Below are positions 26,870-37,795 of a stretch of DNA of 64,000 nucleotides, piece by piece. The DNA lies in NCBI GenBank assembly GCA_012295275.1, contig CM022671.1:12276001-12340000 (forward strand). The letters run 5' to 3'. Each line of letters opens with the position of its first letter. The first letter of the stretch is position 1. Source of the stretch: Chrysomallon squamiferum. Taxonomy: Eukaryota; Animalia; Mollusca. The position numbers were made by a program, and so were the translations under genes. The notes under the pieces are model-generated. The model was given only the letters and a program-made list of their open reading frames with translations. It did not search any database and was not told the origin of the DNA.

Positions 26870-29800
26870 TTAATCTAAATGAAAGCCCGGAGGTGGCTGT
26901 ACAGGTATTGAGCCACTGCTCAATCCTGGTGGTGGACCAGTTACATGAAAACCAGGTGGTACTTTTGGCATTAATACCATAGAGTCATCACATGCTGAAC
27001 TAGTCATTGTGCCTTGTTTACTACTGTCTGAGCCAGGTTTGTAATCAGATGAATTCCATTTATCAGTTAACTTTTCACAACTTTTCAATGGCTCCATCTC
27101 TTTTCTTTGCAATATCGCCATTCCTTCTAGTTTACCAGGCCTCTCTTTAGCATCTTGCATAAATTGAGTGCTCTTTCTTTTTCCTGTTCCATTTTCTGTG
27201 TGTTGATCATAATGAGACTGTTTGATTCTTGATCTAACACCATGTCTTCCAAAGTAGTTATCATTACCTTTTGAAAATTCATCCTCATATGAATCTGTAT
27301 TGACACTGTCTTCCTCACAATTCTTTACAGAATTATAATGGTGTTGCTCTGCTTTAACATATTCTTTATATCTGTTGTTGTCCTTTCTTGCTTCTCTTTC
27401 AACACAGTGTGCACTTTCAGAAATATTTTCATCCACAGAATTTTTCCTGAAAGACTTTTGCCTTATTTTAGGACTTCTTCTTCTTCTGTAACCTTTATCT
27501 AAATTCTTAATTTCCACTCCAGAATCTTTCTCATGACTTTCATGCTGCAGATGATCTTTGTTAGTTTGCTTATTTGAAACTGCTGTCTCATTAGATGATG
27601 GATTTTCATTATGATCTTGTTGATAATTTTGTAAAACTAACACATTATCTGACAGATTATCTTTTTCATCACTTTTGAAACATTTATCTGGTTTTTCATT
27701 CTTCTTATGTTTGTAGATAGGATTGCACTGTTTCCCACCTCTCTGTCTGTAATAATTTTCATCCCATATGTCTGCATCATAATTATCATAATATCTAAAA
27801 TTCCTGTTATGTTTACTATAATCCCTCTCAATTCTACTTTTATAATTTTTCCTATAGATATCATTATTACTATGGTTTTTACTTCCATGCCTGCTGGAAG
27901 TAGCATCATATCTCTCATTACTAGAAATCTGATTGACATATCCAGAATTAAGATTTTCCGTTTTGCTTTCAGCTTTATCATTGGCAGATTCATGTTTTTC
28001 ATTGTTTGATTCTTCATATTCATCTATGTATCTCTGTTTATCACATCTAGTTTTATCCTCAAAGCTTTTAGAACCTTCATTTTGACCAATCATCTTAGAC
28101 TCTTTTCTGTCAGATTTGGCAAGTCTTTCTTTTCTAGAATGAGGCCTTTCTGAGGGTTCTTGTTTGTGATAACCAGAATTATATCTAGGTATTGTAGCTC
28201 TCTGACTCTCCTGCATTGTTTTATGCGTGCCTTTTAAAGGTTTTCTATCAAGAACAGAATCAAACTTGTTGTTTTTGGAGATCTGGGTATCACTGGTGTC
28301 ATTTCTAAAATCTTTTCTTTCATCTTTGGAATCATGCTTCTCAACTGAAGATTTGTAGAAACCAGATCTAGGTCTGTTGCTTCTGGAGTTTTGTTGGATA
28401 TCAGAGCTATAGTCTTTGCTTGAGGAATCACACCATACCTGGGCTCCTTTATGTCTTGACCTGTATTTTCCACGTACAGAGTAAGGCATTTTAACTCTTG
28501 AAGGATACTGGTCATATGCAATACCATCCTTCTCATTTCTGTACCTGTTCTTTTCAACTTTGTCTGAATCATGTCTGTCAACTTTGGACTTCTCTCTTAT
28601 GCAGGAAGAATTCTGCTTGATAGTATTTTTGTAAACTGTAGAATCTTCACATTCTTGTTCTTGATCAAGACAGACAATTTTATCTTCACCTTCTGTTTTA
28701 ACCAGAGATTGTTGACTATTACTGTAAGATTCATTACTACATTTAATTTCATTTGAAGTTTCATCACCTCCTAAATAATTATACTTAATGCTATCTTGTT
28801 TCTTCCTGTTCCTTTCTCTATTATTCTTGCTTTGACTATTTATTTTGTAATTTTCATCGACAACATGCCTACTGCCTGGTATTTTTCTGTCACTTTTACT
28901 TTGTCCAGCCTGGGTGTCAGCATCATACCTTCTGTCACAAAATTTTCTTGTATTTTCATAGCTAACATATCTTCTATCTCTCTTTGGCTTGTTTTTAAAC
29001 CAGTTTCTGTCTCTATTCTGTGATAATTGTTTTGAATCAATATTAGTCCTTGAGACTGCATATCTGCTTTTTGAATTATCACTTTCATTTCTTTCTCTTG
29101 AAACATCTGAATGATTTCCATTTTGATGTTTCCCTTTGTCATCTGATGGAAGACATATAACAATATCCTGAAACAAAACATTATAAAAAAATATTTGTTT
29201 ATATTAAAAATATTTACTTTCTCTGACATAAACAAATGCTATTACTAATAATGTTAGTGTGAAAAATAGCCTAAAATATTCACTCTCTAATTTTCTCTGA
29301 CTGTACTAAATACAAATGGACAAAAGAGTAATTAAACAAAACCATTTTAATACTTTAATGTTTACAGCTATCAGATAGTATTTGCTAGCTCAATTCCTTG
29401 GGATATTCTTATTGATTAGCAATAAATATTTTCTGTACAGATATAGCATAGCCAATGATAAACCAGTTGAACTACACTGAGTATAATGAAGAAGAATTAA
29501 TTTCATTTTCTTGAATTTAAACACAATTATATCACGTAACTCACAGCATTAACAAGGTATTTATCTTTTTCTTCCTGTAGGTCAATCACTCCTCCTTTTG
29601 ACTTCTGCTTCAACAACAATTCTGACATTTGTTTCTGAAGATCTTTGATCTTCTGTGAGGGTTTGAATTTGAAGTCATCCTCATCTGAACTGTCTTCAAA
29701 TTCACTGATATCCTCCAAATCAAAGCAGAGGTTTTCTCTGCAGACAGGGCAAATAACCTACAAACATTACTCAGGTTAGTTATTTAAAGAATGTTACATT

Positions 29801-32800
29801 TTCAGACAGTTAAATAAAATAGCTGTTGAATGAGCACAATAGGATCTCTACTGCCATTTCTTTCTCTTCCTTTCTTTGTTTTCTTTAATTATGTATATGT
29901 TTGTTTCTTGTTAGATATTTCTTTAGTTAGATGTCAAAAATGACAGACAGGGAAGCTTGTAAATATTGAAAAAAGAAATGATTTTCAATTAAAAGTGAGA
30001 TATACAACAATAAAGACCAATATCTGTACTAATAAAGATAATGCAAAAATTTGAAATAGTTAAATAATAATATATATTGCATCCATCCGTCATTAGATAT
30101 TATATTGAATATTAATAGATTATTATTCCTCCTCCTTTTCTTCTTCTTCTTCTTCTACTACTTATTATTATTAATTTGTTTATATATATTTCTTTTCTTT
30201 TCTTTCTTTTTTTAAAGTGTCCATGTAGGACAGCATTCTTTTGGAGAAAGAAGAAAGATGAGACAGATGAAAAGGCGCCAGTTGAAACTAGGAGATTACA
30301 GCTGCAGGTTGATGGACCAACAACAATAGACAGACTGCAGTCTCTTAAGAAACAAACGTAGGTTTTCAGTAGGAATTGGCAGTAGCAGAAGTTACATGAA
30401 CAAGACATAGAACATGTAGCAACTTTTCAAATTTTTTGGCTTAACATGTCATATAATTATTTCACTTGATGTATTTGTATGAAATGATAACTGTTCAGCT
30501 TCACTTGACATATAATAATATAATTTTTTACATTTAGATTGTGAGATAATCTGCTTTCCTACAAATTTCCAGGAAAACAGTTTATTTGGCATTAATTTTA
30601 GATAACAAGTTTCTCATTTTTATTCTTGTCATTTTGCCTTTCTAACAATACCAATTTTATGAAGATTGGCCCAGTAGTTCCTGAGATATAAGGGTTCTAA
30701 GGTTGGTGGTCACACCCATTTTTGGCAAAAATCTCAAAATTTGGTGGGCCGCATCTCCCACACCACTGGTCTGATTGAGCTAAAATTTCAAATTTGGTGC
30801 TGTGGGATCCCAGTCAACAAGTATACCAAGTTTCATAAAAATCTGAGACGGTCGGGTTTAAACCATTGGGTGATTTGACACGGAATGACCCTAATGTATT
30901 AAGGAGAATAACAAAAAGCTGTAACATAGCAGCTTGACATCAGCTTAATTAGAGATAATATTTATATTACTTTTAAATAAAAACAGTAACATGATGTGGA
31001 TATGAAAAGAATTTTAGCAGAACTTCCTATTTGAACAACAGTTATAATTTATGAATCATTTATTTGTTCTTTACATTTATTAATTAGCAGCAAACCATCT
31101 TTATATATGTCTGCTCCTAAATAGTAAAGCAGATTTGGATAAAGGTTGTTGAGCAATACCTGGAAAAAGAAATACCTCAATGGCTTCATCAATGAGGATT
31201 AACCTATAAGATATCAGATCTTCTACCAGAATAACAAGTTATGACAGAATATAAATTAGTGATATATTAATGATAATAATTATAATCACAACAGATGTCT
31301 GCAATTGATATTTAGTTTCACCTGACACTCTTCCTCTGTGTTTCCTGCTTCAGCCACAGCATGTTTCACATAACGTCCAAAACAGTGTTCATGAAAGTAG
31401 TGGTAACATGTGGTTCTTGTGAACACATCACCTTCTTCAAAATGTTCCAGACATATTACGCAAGGGCATCGTGGGATGTTACCTTCTGTTAAAGTCTCTT
31501 TTGCCATCTGAAACATATGTCATATTATTAATTTTTAAAACAGTTATTAAATAAATCTAGTGTTTGAAAAAAAATGTATCAAACTTTTTGTGATGTACCA
31601 TAATTGGTTACTGCACCTTCTGAAGAAGTTTACTGTCATTACTTCCAAAAATGACCAAAAAAAACAACAAAAAAAACAGTTCTTAAAAATAACCATGAGA
31701 AAAATATCTGCAACATGAATGAAAATAGGTTGTGGTTCTTCAGTGAACAATTCCAACAGTACTAAAAAGGAAGAGTAAATTATTGCATTGTTAACTTTTC
31801 TGTTGTTGGCTAAACATTAAGACATATTTGTGTAAAACTAACATAAACAAATCTCACCTCTATTAACTGAAACAGCATAGGACCCCCTTGTTTTGATTCT
31901 GCCAGTTCATTCATTGCTTCCTGCAAACTAAGTTGAAAAGATAACTGTCAGATAAATGTATGACTAGTGAAAAACTTCAACTGAAAGTATTAAGATTTAC
32001 ATGATTTAGCAATAATCATCATTTTTCAGAGGACACAATCAAACTTTAACTTTAAAAAGAAGTGTGTGTGTGTGTGTGTGTCCTTGAAAATCAGAATTAA
32101 AAAATATATATACATTTAATGATTCTAAAACTTTATATAAAGAATGCATAAATGCTTTCCCTGAACAAATAAAGTAAAACGATTTTAAAAAGGTTGTCCA
32201 AACCTTTGTAATTCTTCATCACCAACACCTCGAGGATTTCTTATGCATATTTCTGGAAGTTCATCAGGATACTGAAAAATTAATAAAACTTTTTTCATTA
32301 ATTAACACTGTAGTACTTTATTATTATTATTATTATTAAAACAGAAAAAGTAAAAAGAAAGATAAATCAGTTGTTTTTCTCAGTCCTCAGTCTTTAAAAC
32401 CTTTTTAACACCAATATAATTGGGTGTCAAAAACAAATATCAAAATGTATTATCTGTATCAAATGTGAATTACTGGAATTAATTTTTTTTTTTTCTTTCA
32501 GTTGTGGATTTAATATAAACTTGTAAAAATTAAATGAACTTAATGAATTTGTAATGAGATTTTTTTATCTATTGTATATAATCTTACCCCATGAGGTAAA
32601 CTGAGTACCAGTGTCATACAGACGTAACGTTTTTTCAGATCATCCCCTGTGGCAGGATGAAGATCTAGGATAAGCATTGTAGGTTGCTGGCTGAAACAAA
32701 AACTATTTTTTATATATAAAACTGAACTTGACTGCCTCTAGACTGACTTCCATTATTTCACTTCATTTTATTATTTTAAAGTATGTTTCATGACACATAT

Positions 32801-33073
32801 TCATCACTCTTAGTTGTCTCCAACACCCATTCCGATCCACTTGTTTAGTGAGAGCATAGATCACTGGCAGAATTCTTTCTGATGGACAAGTAACTGTCTT
32901 TTTGTTTGGTATACATTACATGCTCATTTTAGAAATTAGTTATTTGAATATATCTTGCTTTTCATTGTGGTTGTTTTTTTTGTTATATTTTCATTCCAGG
33001 TATATAGTTCACTAAATGACTCACATATGTTTTGCATTTGTATGTATTTATGTGTGTGTGAATGCGTGTGTGT

Positions 33074-33105
<32 letters not shown>

Positions 33106-35264
33106 TTCATATGCTGAAAACATTTAGAAATAATATATTTATCGATATAACTGTGTCCTAAAATGCATTAATGTGTAAATGATTATTAAAATATATTATG
33201 TTCATTTATTATTATAATGCAGTAGTTATAAATAATTATTTTAAGAAACGTCCTAAGCAAAACTAGACTAACAACAGAATATTAATATGAAAGAAGACTA
33301 ATTAACCTTTGATCCTCTTCAACTTTTAGTTCATTAATATAGATGGCCTGAAGAAGACCTAGTTCTTCCATCAACACACTGTAAATAAAAACAATAAGTC
33401 ATACATCACTTTTAAAGACCTGTTAGCAAACTCCTTTTAATACAGTTAAAATGTAACACAAATTCAAGAATTTATCTTCTCATTTTATTTTGGTACTAGT
33501 TAATTCATTTGTACTGTTAATGTTTATGAGAAATAACTATATTTATCTTACAAGATTTAGCTAAAAAAATGAACTCTTAGAACTGTAAAAGTATTAAATG
33601 ATCTATCATGAGAAAAAAGAAAATAATAACAAAGAATTGGGAAAGGACTAACCCACAAAATTTATGACAGCTTGTTAAAATGTTTGTTGTGATTACAAGG
33701 TATTTTTTATTTATTACAACCCTGCACTGTAGCTTTATAAAAAACAATACATGCAATCTCAACAAAACAATTAAGGATTTCTAGCTGGCCGAGTCTATGA
33801 GTATGTGAAAGCCACAACATTCAGCAATCCACTGTGTTTCCTTTGTAACACTGTTCCTTAAGTTCAAATCATTGAAAATGACTGACAAGTAATGTTTATA
33901 TTCCTTTTGACTGCTGATAAAAAAAAAAGTAGTTTCATATCTAATCTGCAAGTATCATTGACTTTCAAAGAGTGACAAACTAAATATTTGAGAACTTATT
34001 TGCTGACAAATAAATTCTGGTCTAACAGTGATTGACGTGAGCCAACCAGCCATTTAAAAATGAGCAGAATTCACATTTTGGCGAATAAACTTTCAAGTAT
34101 ATTTGCATTTGTACACTTATAGTTTACTGGACAATTTATAATAAAAACAGTGTAAGTGCTACAAAATGTTACCATAATGTCGAGTGCACTTTTTGCCATT
34201 ACCAGAGTTTACCATGCCTGTGCTAGTGTTTGCATCCAGCTCACGTGCACAACCTCTAGAACTACTGTTGTAGTGTATGCGTTTTTTAAATTTCAGGAAT
34301 AAAATCTTTTAGTCATTTAGTATACATATTTCTTTGCTTTTGAAGTTTTCCTTTTGTAGTTCTAGAAGTATTTTTAATTTTCTGACAAAAAAATAAAATA
34401 TAAAATGATCCAGAACAAAAGGTGAGTGTTGGCAGCTTCCAAAATAATCTAACATGCAGTCAGGTATTTGGTTTCATCTGTGCAAAAGTTTATGAAATCT
34501 GTCATTGGTCAACGCTGTTCTAGCCGAAGCAAAAATCATCTGATTTGGTGATATGGATTAACCATTAATAGTATCCTGATACATTACGTAATCAAATACT
34601 GCCACTTGATTGGATGTAAATTTTTATTCTATTTCAGAAAATTATAATTCATGCATTGAAAATGTCATAGCTATTTTTATTTTGCTTTTTAAAGATGATG
34701 TGAGAATATAATGAATTATTGGGTAGGCTTTTTTGGCAGAAACCCAGCAATAAACTCATTTAAAAATGAATAAAATTTCTACAAGATGAAATAAATCAAC
34801 AAGTCTTACAATATTTATTACATTATGAATATAATAATTTGACTAATTTGAATTAGTCATTAAATTTCTTATGAAATTAAATTAACTAATAATTTATTAT
34901 GCTATGTTAGTAAGCATCAATAATTTAAATCCATATAGTTAAACTCTGAAAGAATGAAAACAATAACTGATACAGCCAACGAAATCAGTATTCATCTGTA
35001 ATGAAAAGAGACGAATTATATCAGTATTACCGACATAACGATGGCAACGAAGAGAGAATTAACTTTAAGATTGTTTGATGAATTAAACTTAAAGATACAA
35101 TTATATATCAATTTTACTTAAATTTAAATTATTTGTAAAAGATACTCGATATTTTTTTCCGAACACGGTTTTATGTGATGTCGGGAAATGCTTAAATTTA
35201 GAGAAAAATAAAATAAATCAATTTGCCACCTGTCGTATTCGATGCTTTCATCTCGGCTGGCCAT
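26870..35264 (-). CDS. RNF25: E3 ubiquitin-protein ligase RNF25 (RWD + RING-H2) with a 765-aa low-complexity C-terminal exon; about 1014 aa
   Basis: Exons 35264-35230 (MASRDESIEYD), 33378-33307 (EELGLLQAIYINEL), 32690-32588 (LHPATGDD...RYVCMTL), 32271-32204 (YPDELPEICIRNPRG, RWD YP motif), 31927-31858 (GPMLFQLIE), 31507-31322 (AKETLTEGNIP...CVICL...CYHYFHEHC), 29757-29545 (CPVCRE...QKSKGGVIDL), 29167-26870 (TAA). All phases match; total 3045 nt. Confidence 0.93.
30235..30415 (+). mobile_element. Possible degraded RTE-type LINE 3' fragment in an RNF25 intron
   Basis: Purine-rich segment translating ...PVETRRLQLQVDG...KKQT*..., reminiscent of the C-terminal V(E/D)G...KK.W region of RTE ORF2. 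Weak. Confidence 0.25.
30649..30891. mobile_element. Non-autonomous DNA transposon terminal fragment in an RNF25 intron
   Basis: GC-richer island with CCAA(G/T)TTT(C/T)AT(G/A)AA-type subterminal motifs twice, ending in TGATTTGACACGGAATGACCC, a TIR-like terminus. The partner end was not found. Confidence 0.45.
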
Positions 35265-35471
35265 GTTGTAATAACGCAGTAAATAGATTTGCAGATTAAA
35301 ATAAAAATGTAATATGACATAAAAACGGTTTCAAATGGATGAATAGAATAATAATTTTTAATTTAAAAAAACAACAAAAAAACATTAACATAAAAGCAAT
35401 TTATATTTTTAAATAAAATAAATTATTTTGGCGGAGCTTTTTGGGGGCTAACAGGTATATTCAAAGAACAG

Positions 35472-35563
<92 letters not shown>

Positions 35564-36646
35564 AAAAAGAAGTAATAATAATAATGAAAATAAAATAAAA
35601 TTAAATGTTCGTATTTCAAATTAATGTGAAAACTCTTACATCACATTTTTAATAATAGACACACACATATGTATGTGTGTGTATATATATATGTATGTCT
35701 GTATGTATATATACATATACATACATTATAATAATTCAATTATTAACAAACAAAATTTTCTCTCGACTGTTTTGGGCATCTGCTAAGAAAATCAAAATTA
35801 TACACAATTATTTTAAAGAAACGAAAGATTAAAGCTGAATTTCTCTCATCTGTATCTGTGGTTCAAAAAAAAAAAAAAAAAAACTCTTGCCATATATCAC
35901 CCCCATTCTTTCAACTAGCGAATTCTCCACAAACTTTTGTTTCACAACAAAATATACTGGTAACTCCAGTTGTGGAAACAGAAGTAAATATTTCCGAAAA
36001 TTTAACTTTAATGTCGTGCTGATATATCGGTGTTGGTGTTTCTGTTAACCCATTTATCCCTAAACACCCCAGCAGTTCTTTTGCGCTTTAATCTTTCGTT
36101 TCTTTACAGTTCGGTTGTGGTATATATTTAATAATTACCTTACTCATTAAAAACCGTGTCTGAAAAATGTTTGTACGTTTTCACAGAAAAAAAAGAGATA
36201 TAAAAATAACACAGACATGATGCAAATACGTTTGGAAAATTTATATATATATATATATACTGTTTTTAATCTTTTTATATTGATTCGCCAGAAATAATTT
36301 TATGAAAAATAATATAATGGTTTTGACCATCCTCTATTGTTTTGTCGCATATTTTTAATTCTCACGAGACATCTTGTTTTTGTTTAATTTGGATGTAAGA
36401 TGGTCGTCTGAAATAAATAACAATCTTTTCATTTTTTTCCTAAGTTGTTTAACGGAGAATTTTGAGAACGTGATAACAGATAACACGGGGGTAAAAAAGA
36501 ATGAAGTGAACGACAACAACACAACAATAAATAAATAAAAATGATGAAAATAAATTAATAATAATTTTTACTCTCTGATCTATGTTAACTATGCCGTATA
36601 CGGTATAGTTATTTATACTTATATCATGTCGTTATTGATGAAGACA

Positions 36647-36702
<56 letters not shown>

Positions 36703-36808
36703 GATATTTTTTGCTTTTGCTACTACTTCTAACAAGAAAGTAGTTAAGTGTTCCTTAACGGTTATTAATAGGTCCGAACAGCTATCCCGTATTCAAGGTG
36801 TTTACAAA
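35265..36808. promoter_or_regulatory. Bidirectional (head-to-head) promoter region of RNF25 and DNTTIP1
   Basis: Divergent ATGs at 35264 (-) and 36809 (+), both in YY1-like contexts (CAACATGGC, AAAATGGC). Locally CpG-rich; contains a perfect 22-bp inverted repeat (35814-35835 / 36085-36106) and a palindrome (36586-36611). Confidence 0.7.
36647..36700. repeat. (ATT)n microsatellite
   Basis: About 18 ATT units. (AAT)n tracts also lie at about 17247-17293, 18206-18250, 35509-35557 and 61844-61885. Confidence 0.95.
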
Positions 36809-37756
36809 ATGGCTGAAAGAAAAATACTGGATGAATCCGAGGCAATAAAAGACGGTGAAGACTATCGACGCACGTTTGTATTTACTTACGATTGTTTGAC
36901 AGTCACACAAATTTAGAGAGTTATTCGTTGAGTTATAATAACTTTTATTATTTTTATTAGTGTTATTATTATTTATTTATTTTTTCATTTTTATCAACAG
37001 CGTAAAGCACGTAAAATAGAATTCTGAATTGATATCAATTATACTAGCGTAAAACCCCAGCGTGCTTGGCCTTTAAAGTTATGGTCTCGAAGGTGACATG
37101 ATGTTTATTATGCATTTGTTGAATTTAAAGATACATTATACGTTTCATATTACAAATAAATGTATGTTTAATAATTATGGAGTCAGTACCCTGTACAGAG
37201 TACTGAGAACTGAGTCATGACAGATCGGTTCATATTCATGATATTGCTGTCCACTTTGAAGAACGTCATTAGTAAATTCTTCTTTTAGTTCTAGTATCAT
37301 ATATTAAATAACTGTTACTGACGTACTGTCTTTGGAGAATAGAGAACACTGTTTAATGTGTGTATATCCAGTTTAATACTGTTTAGTAAGCTGGGTTTTT
37401 TTTATAGTAGTACATTGGCCTTGAGATGTACGTGCACTATGAACAGGTAAATGACCAGAGCTGATTATAAAATGTTTTTATTTTTTTTATATATCTGTAT
37501 TTGGTTTTATTTATAATTATTCATTTGATTTTATTTTTTTCAAAAATTAATGGACATAGACAAAAATTGTCAACTGTAATGCTCTGGTTTCATTACCTTA
37601 TGGTCACAGTACACAGATTATTTATACACCTTGTAATCAATAATGAAATTGTGATATCTGCTAATACATTTTATATAACTTAAAGTGTTAACCCTTACTT
37701 TTTATAATTTGTGAAAGATCAAATCAAATAAGACAATAATAATAATAATAATAATA

Positions 37757-37795
<39 letters not shown>

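Noticed and set aside
27127-29235. Alternative-frame and antisense ORFs inside the RNF25 last exon (likewise 38969-40367 in DNTTIP1)
   Set aside because: Shadows of long, compositionally biased exons; no recognisable motifs.
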